64,000 bases of DNA from Cohnella mopanensis (GTDB lineage: Bacteria > Bacillota > Bacilli > Paenibacillales > Paenibacillaceae), in the NCBI RefSeq assembly GCF_022352055.1, contig NZ_JAKRWM010000006.1, positions 320,377-384,376 on the forward strand. Direction: 5' to 3'. This document shows, piece after piece, positions 48,770 to 56,202 of the stretch. The position numbers and the translations under genes are program-made. The notes under the pieces are model-generated. The model was not told the DNA's origin, made no database searches, and saw only the letters and a list, made by a program, of their open reading frames with translations. Each line of letters opens with the position of its first letter. Position 1 is the first letter of the stretch.

Positions 48770-48884
48770 TTTTTGAAACTATTGCACATAAATGTAACTA
48801 CTTTTCAAATGTACCATAGACCCATTATGATGTAAATCAATCCAAGGGAATTCATTCCAGTGTTTTAAGAAAGGAGAATGCATC

Positions 48885-49775
48885 ATGAATAGACCCTTTG
48901 AGTTGGATCCGACGGAGTACCCGTTCAACGATCGCTGGCTGCCCTACCGCGACGGCCGCATCCATTATCTCGATGAGGGGCAAGGACCTACGGTTCTTCT
49001 CCTCCACGGAAACCCTACATGGTCCTATCTTTATCGGAACGTGATCAAAGAGCTTCGCGAGGAATTCCGTCTGATCGCTCCCGATTACCCCGGATTCGGC
49101 ATGTCGAAGGCACCTAGCGGTTACCGCTTTACGCCGCAAGAGCAATCGGAAGCCGTTCAGCATCTGATTCGACAGTTGGATCTGAAGGATTTGATCGTCG
49201 TCGTTCAAGATTGGGGAGGTCCTATCGGCCTGAACTACGCGGTACGGCATCGGAATAACTTGCGCGGTATCGTCGTGATGAATACGTGGGCCTGGCCTGC
49301 AGACATTTTACCGATGAAGTTGTTTTCTCTTGCCATGGGGGGTTGGCCGATCGGGCGGTGGCTTCAGACACGGCGCAACTTCTTCGCTAAAGTGATTGTT
49401 CCGCACGGGATCCATTATGCCGAGAAAGTGACGGTTAGCTTACGAGCAGCTTATACCGCCCCATTCCCGACCCCGAAGTCTAGAATACCGACATGGGTAT
49501 TTCCAAGACACATTCGCAAATCGCGAACATGGCTTGCCGACATTGAATCGAATCTGCCGAATTTGCACGATTTGCCTGCGCAAATATTATGGGGAACGAA
49601 GGACAGCGCAGGCTTCCCTCTCGAACAGATGGCCAAATGGCAAACACACTTGCCGTTGAACGAAACCGAGATTTTGGAAGATGCCTCGCACTATGTGCAA
49701 GAGGATCGGCCAGACCGGGTAGCCGCAGCAATCCGAAGAATAGGGAAAAGAACACGAGGAGGAATTCTAATATGA
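48885..49775 (+). CDS. Alpha/beta hydrolase, haloalkane-dehalogenase-like.
   Basis: LLHGNPTWSYLYRNVI resembles the HGNPTSSYLWR dehalogenase signature. A nucleophile elbow (QDWGG) is present. Confidence 0.75.
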   Translation: MNRPFELDPTEYPFNDRWLPYRDGRIHYLDEGQGPTVLLLHGNPTWSYLYRNVIKELREEFRLIAPDYPGFGMSKAPSGYRFTPQEQSEAVQHLIRQLDLKDLIVVVQDWGGPIGLNYAVRHRNNLRGIVVMNTWAWPADILPMKLFSLAMGGWPIGRWLQTRRNFFAKVIVPHGIHYAEKVTVSLRAAYTAPFPTPKSRIPTWVFPRHIRKSRTWLADIESNLPNLHDLPAQILWGTKDSAGFPLEQMAKWQTHLPLNETEILEDASHYVQEDRPDRVAAAIRRIGKRTRGGILI

Positions 49776-50281
49776 GAACAATTTTGTGGGCTACCTTAAC
49801 AGCCAATGGCAATTATGCGCAATCCGGTCCCGAGAACCCGCCGACAAAAGAAGCGTTGAACGACTTCGCGACACTCGCCAAAGCAGCGGGAAATTTCATC
49901 GTCGGGCGTCGCACTTTCGAAGGTATGCGCGGAAACGGTGGCCCGGGACCATTCGGCGAAGTCGACATCGTCGTCATTTCAAGAAATGCTTCGGAAATGC
50001 CAGGCGTCACGGTTGTGGGGTCGCCGCAGGAAGCCTTGGACTACCTGCGGCAGAAGGGCCATCAAACCGCTCTCATTAGCGGAGGCGCGGATATCCACAA
50101 TTCATTTCTCGGCGAAGATCTTGTAGACGAAGTGATCTTCAACGTGGCGCCGGTGTTGGAAGGCAAGGGGTTAAATCTCTTGATCGACAAAGAAAATTAC
50201 CGTTATAAACATGTAACTCTGTTAGACTGCAAGCCCCTCGGAGGTGGCGTCGTTCAACTCCGTTATGCGATTGAGCGATAG
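49772..50281 (+). CDS. Dihydrofolate reductase-like protein (RibD C-terminal domain family), second copy.
   Basis: MRTILWATLTANGNY...ISGGADIHNSFL. GAGGAGGAA RBS. ATGA start/stop overlap with the hydrolase gene. Confidence 0.7.
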   Translation: MRTILWATLTANGNYAQSGPENPPTKEALNDFATLAKAAGNFIVGRRTFEGMRGNGGPGPFGEVDIVVISRNASEMPGVTVVGSPQEALDYLRQKGHQTALISGGADIHNSFLGEDLVDEVIFNVAPVLEGKGLNLLIDKENYRYKHVTLLDCKPLGGGVVQLRYAIER

Positions 50282-50373
50282 ATAGGCTCGGCTGACAAAC
50301 CTATTTAAAAGTGCTAGCATGTTACCTAATGATATCCGACAGATTACGATGCGAGCATGGAGGAATAGGAACG

Positions 50374-51462
50374 ATGATTGAGAACCGTCGCCTTAAAGTC
50401 ATAATGGAAGTCCAGCAGCAGATGCTGTTATCTAACTTTGATTTGAAGCTATTTATGCAGACGATCTGCGATCGGATGTGCCTATTAACCGATGCCGACG
50501 GTTCTACTATCGAGATGCTGGCGGGCGATGAAATGGTTTATGCCGCCGTTAGCGGCACCTTGCAACCTCATCTCGGAATTCGAATAAATAAGAACGGCAG
50601 TTTATCGGGCTTGTGCGTGACGGAGAAGGATATCTTGTATTCGCCGGATACGCAACAGGACGATCGCGTCAACAAGGAAGCGACTATGAAAGTCGGTGCG
50701 CGGAGCATGGTCTGCGTTCCCCTGTTCGAATCTAGCAACGCCGTCGGCGTGTTGAAAGTCATCTCCGGCCGTATCGATACTTTCTCCAGCCGCGATATCG
50801 AGACGTTGCAGTTGTTATCGCTCGCTCTGGGCTCGGAGCTAGGCAAGCAAATCAACTACGACGACAAAATTCGGATTCTGAACGATTACGAGCAATTATT
50901 GATTCAATTAAGAGCTGAAATCGAAAGACGCGAAAAACTAGAGAGCGAGCTTATTCAGTTGACGGAGCGCGACATTCTGACAGGATTGCTGAATCGTAGA
51001 GGCTTTAGCGTTCGAATCCAAGGCTGGATTAATCGGACCAGTCGAGAAGAAGGCTTATTCGGGGTGTTCTACCTCGATTTGAATAAATTCAAGCAATGCA
51101 ACGATACTTACGGACATGAGGTCGGCGATCTCGTGCTTGTAGAATTCGCTAATCGCATCAAGAACGCGGTTCGCGAATCCGATCTGATCGCGCGCGTAGG
51201 CGGCGATGAGTTCGTAGTGGCGGCATGGCTGCAGAACGACTACGACGGCTTGTTGCAGGTTGCCAAGCGTTTGATCGAGCAACTCGAGTCGCCGATGCGG
51301 ATTAAGGAGCTTCGTCTTCCGATGACCACCAGCGTCGGCTGTACGCTATGGGCAGAGGGCAGAACGGAGCTCGATCTCATTCGCGTGGCGGACCAATCGA
51401 TGTATCTCGCCAAGTCCAACGGCACCAACCGGATTGCGGTTAATGGGGAGCTCGTCGGGTAA
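50374..51462 (+). CDS. GAF-domain diguanylate cyclase (GGDEF).
   Basis: GGDEF active site (RVGGDEFVV) preceded by a GAF-like domain. GGAGG RBS. Confidence 0.85.
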   Translation: MIENRRLKVIMEVQQQMLLSNFDLKLFMQTICDRMCLLTDADGSTIEMLAGDEMVYAAVSGTLQPHLGIRINKNGSLSGLCVTEKDILYSPDTQQDDRVNKEATMKVGARSMVCVPLFESSNAVGVLKVISGRIDTFSSRDIETLQLLSLALGSELGKQINYDDKIRILNDYEQLLIQLRAEIERREKLESELIQLTERDILTGLLNRRGFSVRIQGWINRTSREEGLFGVFYLDLNKFKQCNDTYGHEVGDLVLVEFANRIKNAVRESDLIARVGGDEFVVAAWLQNDYDGLLQVAKRLIEQLESPMRIKELRLPMTTSVGCTLWAEGRTELDLIRVADQSMYLAKSNGTNRIAVNGELVG

Positions 51463-51517
51463 TGTCCCCCCATTTCTCTTATCAGGGTACACCTATTAAA
51501 GAAGCGAGAGTGAAGCT

Positions 51518-51937
51518 GTGCATATTAGAGTAGCCAGTGATTTTGACTACCCGGCTTTAAGAAAGATCTATTCGGAATCCCGTCGTGAAAGTTTTCATTG
51601 GGCGGATAGAGAAGCAATGACTTTAGAAGACTTTGATAAGCATACAGAAGGAGAGTATATTATTGTGGCAGAGGAGAATAATCAAATCCTCGGATTTGCT
51701 TCTCTATATTTGCCGGATAACTTTATTCATAATTTATTCGTCCACCCCGATTTCTTCGGTAAAGGTGCGGGTGGTTTATTGCTCCATGCCTCTATAGAAA
51801 AAATGAAAAAACCGATTAGATTGAAGTGCGTATCAGAAAACCATGCGGCTATCAATTTTTATGAGAGCAAGGGCTGGAAGAAAGTCGTTGAAGAAGGTAA
51901 TCCGCACGAAAAATATTGGCTTATGGAATACAATTGA
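51518..51937 (+). CDS. GNAT family N-acetyltransferase.
   Basis: Motif A (HPDFFGKGAGGLLL). GTG start. Confidence 0.75.
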   Translation: MHIRVASDFDYPALRKIYSESRRESFHWADREAMTLEDFDKHTEGEYIIVAEENNQILGFASLYLPDNFIHNLFVHPDFFGKGAGGLLLHASIEKMKKPIRLKCVSENHAAINFYESKGWKKVVEEGNPHEKYWLMEYN

Positions 51938-51939
51938 CC

Positions 51940-52154
51940 ACTCCGCGCATGAAAGCAACGGAATTAAGCTCCAGAGGAATAAACTATTGGAGGCGGCGAG
52001 ATTCATTCGTGAATGCGAGCACCCGGATTGGGCTGATATGGCCTATGATCTTGGCTACAGCAGTCAACAACATTTCATTACGGACTTCAATCGCGTGCTT
52101 GGCAAAACACCATTGCAATACAAGAAAGAACTGGGTTTCCAATCATCCGAATAA
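51940..52154 (+). pseudogene. 3' remnant of an AraC-family regulator gene carrying only the second HTH.
   Basis: ...NKLLEAARFIRECEHPDWADMAYDLGYSSQQHFITDFNRVLGKTPLQYKK matches the C-terminal half of the AraC HTH_18. There is no N-terminal domain, no independent start, and the frame runs on from the GNAT gene. Confidence 0.6.
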
Positions 52155-52184
52155 CAACGCGGCCTACTAACCGCTACATGATAG

Positions 52185-52754
52185 TCATCGGACGACTTCC
52201 AGTTTGGTTAACGCTTTTTCCAGTTGCGTGGCTCTGCTCTTTGCCGATGTTGCCTTTAAGAGCGGCAGGAGGATCGCATATTGAGAGGTCTTGTCTAGCT
52301 GACTGAAAGCTTTTCGGGCCTGTTCATGCTGCTCTAACGCCGCTGCAAGATCCGCCGGGATTGTTGCGCATTTCTGCGACTCATAGGCCGCGTCCCATCT
52401 TCCATCCTCCTGCGCTCGACGAATTTCAGCATAACCGGGGGCTTTCATCCGTCCTGTCTTCATTAACTCTTCTGCTTTTCGTACGTTAACCATGGACCAA
52501 GGGCTTTTCGATCGCCTAGGCGAATAACGCTGCAAGTAATACTCCTCGTTGAACCCTTTACGATGACTATCGATCCACCCATAACACAAGGCGACATCGA
52601 GCGCTTCCGGAATAGTGATCGATCGGATGCCCGAATCTTTCTTCGCTATTCTAAGCCATACCTCTTCTCGTCGATCGTAATGACTCGCGAGCCACGATTC
52701 CAAATCAGCTGCGTCGGTAAAATCGATAAATTCGAATGGATCGGATGTTTCCAC
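52185..52754 (-). CDS. YdeI/OmpD-associated family protein (bacteriocin-protection-like).
   Basis: EVWLRIAKKDSG...YGWIDS motif. GTG start at 52754 with a GAAAGGAGAGAG RBS. The ORF-track 5' extension is unsupported. Confidence 0.65.
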   Translation of the reverse strand: METSDPFEFIDFTDAADLESWLASHYDRREEVWLRIAKKDSGIRSITIPEALDVALCYGWIDSHRKGFNEEYYLQRYSPRRSKSPWSMVNVRKAEELMKTGRMKAPGYAEIRRAQEDGRWDAAYESQKCATIPADLAAALEQHEQARKAFSQLDKTSQYAILLPLLKATSAKSRATQLEKALTKLEVVR

Positions 52755-52928
52755 CTGGCACTCTCTCCTTTCACACTTCCATTGTTGTCCTCTTCCTGAA
52801 TTCACTATACAGATAATAATCGGTGCAGTATTACAAAAAACCGCAGCGGACATGTCTGGATCCGACTATTATCCGATCAAGCTGCAGCAAGTTTAAAGGC
52901 CATCCTTATCGGGATGGCCTTTAAATCT

Positions 52929-53261
52929 CTAAGAAGCAGGATCTTCTCGTTTTCGCTCATTATGATTGTCTCCCCAAGCACACATCATTTCTGTTACAGG
53001 GAGCAAAGTTCTGCCGTATTCACTAAGTGAATATTCCACTTTTGGAGGGATGGTGGGATATACCGTTCTTTCAATCACGCCTTCTTGTTCCAACTCTCGA
53101 AGATGTTGCGCGAGCATTTTTTGGGAGGCATCAGGTATGAGTTTTTCCAGATCGCCGAATCGCTTGGTTGATTCCGTCAAATTCCATAAAATCATCGACT
53201 TCCATTTTCCACCTATAACATGAATAACAGTCTCGATTGGACATTTACGCTGGTGAATCAT
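52929..53261 (-). CDS. HxlR family transcriptional regulator.
   Basis: CPIETVIHVIGGKWKSMILWNL...KRFGDL motif. Confidence 0.85.
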   Translation of the reverse strand: MIHQRKCPIETVIHVIGGKWKSMILWNLTESTKRFGDLEKLIPDASQKMLAQHLRELEQEGVIERTVYPTIPPKVEYSLSEYGRTLLPVTEMMCAWGDNHNERKREDPAS

Positions 53262-53380
53262 TGATAAATCACTCCCTTACTTTCAAGTAAGCACCTTACT
53301 TTAAAGTGCGTTCTTAACAGCATATTATTACCGGTATACAATAAAGTCAATCAAATGAATTGGAAAAAGGAGACAAATAA

Positions 53381-53800
53381 ATGAGTAAATCTGATTGGGG
53401 ATTAAAGTCGGCAACATTTTGGTTAGTGGGTGTTGTTACGCTGTTAATGTTGTATTTAGGAGTAAGAGGTTTTATCCAACCCGAAGCTGCGATTCGAGAT
53501 TTTGGTATACCGCTGAATGACACCGCTGATAAATATCTTGTTCATATAAAAGCAGATCGTGATCTGTTTATTGGTATATTCTTACTAGTCTTGATGGTAC
53601 TTCGTATGAGAAAAGCATTACTTGTTGTGATGTTAACTTCAATTTTAATGCCTATAGTAGATGCAATATTGGTATTAACGAATGCGGAAGATCAAACACC
53701 TTCTTGGATTCATATTGTTACCGCCATATATGGGCTTGTTGTAGGTTGGATGTTGTATCGAGAAGAACGGCAATCCAAAACTAGATCAGTATCATCATAA
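53381..53800 (+). CDS. Small integral membrane protein (4 TM; DUF4345-like).
   Basis: Hydrophobic profile. Divergent from an HxlR regulator. Confidence 0.55.
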   Translation: MSKSDWGLKSATFWLVGVVTLLMLYLGVRGFIQPEAAIRDFGIPLNDTADKYLVHIKADRDLFIGIFLLVLMVLRMRKALLVVMLTSILMPIVDAILVLTNAEDQTPSWIHIVTAIYGLVVGWMLYREERQSKTRSVSS

Positions 53801-53831
53801 ACAGGACATTTCTAGAACGGGAGGGAAAAAC

Positions 53832-54275
53832 ATGTATAATTATCTGCTGTTCATCCATATCATCTCCTCAGTGACGGCCATAGCTGCAGTCATCTTCTAT
53901 CCCTTAATCATGAGCAGCGCCCGGACAGTGGGACAGGCTAAGTTCGCGCTTGCGTTGCAGGAGAAGACGTCAATCTTGTTGAAACTCGGTGGCACGCTGT
54001 TGCTTCTTTCGGGTCTTGCGCTGGGCTTCCAAGAAACATCTTTGTTTCAAGAGCTGTGGTATGTGGCCTCGATTGTCATCTTCTTTGTCATTTTGGTCAT
54101 CTTTGCCGGACTACTTCCCGCCGGCATCAAGCAGCAGCTTAAGCTGCTGCAGCAGACGCAGGGCGATGATCTGCCTGAGGCGTACCGACTAAACCGTAGA
54201 CGCTCCGCCTGGCTGGAAGGGGTCGCTAATCTTGCCGTTTTCATCTCGATTCTGCTAATGGTGTTCAAACCTTAG
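53832..54275 (+). CDS. Small integral membrane protein (4 TM; DUF2269-like).
   Basis: Hydrophobic profile. Confidence 0.55.
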   Translation: MYNYLLFIHIISSVTAIAAVIFYPLIMSSARTVGQAKFALALQEKTSILLKLGGTLLLLSGLALGFQETSLFQELWYVASIVIFFVILVIFAGLLPAGIKQQLKLLQQTQGDDLPEAYRLNRRRSAWLEGVANLAVFISILLMVFKP

Positions 54276-56152
54276 GGGTAACTAGGGCTATCGACTGTAA
54301 AGCTGCCAAAAAAATGCATTCTACTGAACCTCTGTTTCTCTGAAGCGAATTCCGAAACGGGGAATTCTTGATACATGGTAGGCAGCTTGCCGATCGAATC
54401 TTTGACCTTAACAAGGTAAAGACGTCCGACAGGCGGCATGCCGATCCGATTACCCGGGTTGGTCTGTGAATCTCTTTCATAAACGGGGGCGGCTGAAATC
54501 GAAATCAAACCAACATCCCCTAATGCAACTGCTTCCTCAATCGCTTTTTTTACGCCTTGCTCACCCAATGTTCTCAACACCCGAGCATCGTTCGTATGAT
54601 CGACTGCCCATGATGCCAGGCTTGGGGGATGGGTTGCTCTTCCGGTAAGAACTTCATCCGGCACGGCGGCTCTAGCATCGGAAGGAGCAGCAAGCAACAT
54701 GATGGATGCGGCCGCAGCGATCATTTTCACGGGAGCCGCAGGAAGATAAACGACGTTACTACCTGCTGCCACTACTCCCTCTCCAACTGCACCTGCTGCC
54801 GTTGCCCCTCCAGCTGCCACTACTCCCTCTCCGACAGCACCTGCTGCCGCTGCCCCTCCCGTTACTGCCCCTCCTGTAGAAGTAGCGCCAGTCACGATAG
54901 CAATCGGAGCACCGGCTATTGCGACAACAGAAGCAGCCGTAATGACGACTACGCATGTTGCGACAAAAACTGTGCCTGCCATCAGATTTTCGCGCTTTTT
55001 ATTAATTTCGTCCCATTCTTTCATTTGCATCAACTCTGCAATAGATAAATTAGTCATGCGAGGTACGACATAGGCCATGTTTCTTGGCCCAAACCCCACC
55101 ATTTGATATTTCACCCGCATGAGGTCAGCGGTTGTTTGATCACGTGCCCGAGCAGGAATCAGGTGAACTTGTTGATAATAGTTTTTATCGGAGCATATGA
55201 AGTATCTCTCCCTAGGTTTTCCTATGAATCTGGAGAACATCGCGTTACGGATCGTATCCAGTTGGTTGTCCAATTCTCCGGCGGTCGCCCCCCAACGGAG
55301 ATTTAACATCGGAACATAATTCACGTTCGTTACCGCGGAAATGGGTTCCGGCTGCTTTACCGGATAACCGTTGATTTCGACGATTTCAAGCTTACTGACT
55401 GCAACCATGATCGTTCGAATGGTTTCGGCTCCCAGATCGACGGTTGTCGTTCTAATAAAATGCGTGAGTATGCGTGCAGCTACGTGTTTAGCGAGTTTTT
55501 GTTTTTTCTCTTTCATTCTAAAACGCACGCAAAATTTATAGAGCAATAGTCCATCCTCTGCTCTTATTAAATCCATATAAATTTCGAAGATGTCGACGCC
55601 TAGTTCTTCTAATTCCAAATCCAAGAGGTATTTTAAGTTCAATTCGAATTTACTTAATAATTTGATTTTTTTCTTATTATTAAGGGGATAGGTTACACCC
55701 GGTCGATAAAAACTTAAACGATATCTATCATACATTTCTTTAATGTTTTTCATCTTTTTTTGTCCGGCATACAATCCGGTTGGACTATTTGGTTTTATTT
55801 CATAATACTCTTTGCGGTTTCTTTTATTGGTCGAGATATCCGGCCATTGGAAATTGTCTTTCATTAATTGATCTTTCTTGTTAGCAAGTTGATTATGTCG
55901 CTTGATCAACATATCCACGTATTTCTCTTTATTTAGTTTATCCCACCAATCATCTATAAAAATTTGCCCTAATTGATCTAAGTCTTTAACGATATCACTT
56001 AATGTTAAAACGCCGGTTTCTTTTAAGTAATCAATAATAATAGGCACTTCGGCGATTTTTTCTCCGAATTTTCTCGATTCCGGAGCATTCCCGAAGTACT
56101 CGCTAGGCGCAAAACAAATGTGTTGGTAAACTTGTTGACTCTGATCGCCCAT
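54272..56152 (-). CDS. Large hypothetical protein of 626 aa. It has a Lys-rich N-terminal region, a single TM helix, two copies of a 16-aa Gly/Ala repeat, a short second hydrophobic segment, and a C-terminal domain sharing a PPVG(R/K)LYL motif with the upstream 841-aa protein.
   Basis: The RBS is GGTGAG. The TM helix is GTVFVATCVVVITAASVVAIAGAPIAIVTGA. The repeat GGA(A/T)AAGAVGEGVVAA occurs twice. The AT-rich 5' portion (55.5-56.1 kb) contrasts with the GC-rich repeat region. No known family was recognised. Confidence 0.6.
   Translation of the reverse strand: MGDQSQQVYQHICFAPSEYFGNAPESRKFGEKIAEVPIIIDYLKETGVLTLSDIVKDLDQLGQIFIDDWWDKLNKEKYVDMLIKRHNQLANKKDQLMKDNFQWPDISTNKRNRKEYYEIKPNSPTGLYAGQKKMKNIKEMYDRYRLSFYRPGVTYPLNNKKKIKLLSKFELNLKYLLDLELEELGVDIFEIYMDLIRAEDGLLLYKFCVRFRMKEKKQKLAKHVAARILTHFIRTTTVDLGAETIRTIMVAVSKLEIVEINGYPVKQPEPISAVTNVNYVPMLNLRWGATAGELDNQLDTIRNAMFSRFIGKPRERYFICSDKNYYQQVHLIPARARDQTTADLMRVKYQMVGFGPRNMAYVVPRMTNLSIAELMQMKEWDEINKKRENLMAGTVFVATCVVVITAASVVAIAGAPIAIVTGATSTGGAVTGGAAAAGAVGEGVVAAGGATAAGAVGEGVVAAGSNVVYLPAAPVKMIAAAASIMLLAAPSDARAAVPDEVLTGRATHPPSLASWAVDHTNDARVLRTLGEQGVKKAIEEAVALGDVGLISISAAPVYERDSQTNPGNRIGMPPVGRLYLVKVKDSIGKLPTMYQEFPVSEFASEKQRFSRMHFFGSFTVDSPSYP
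54765..54866. repeat. 48-bp in-frame tandem duplication inside the 626-aa CDS, encoding the 16-aa Gly/Ala unit.
   Basis: The unit ACTACTCCCTCTCC(A/G)AC(T/A)GCACCTGCTGCCG(T/C)TGCCCCTCC(A/C)GCTGCC is repeated with about 90% identity. Confidence 0.7.
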
Positions 56153-56202
56153 CGTAGCTCACCCGCCTCGATCTGATTTTAATAAAACGGGCCGCATATG
56201 GT

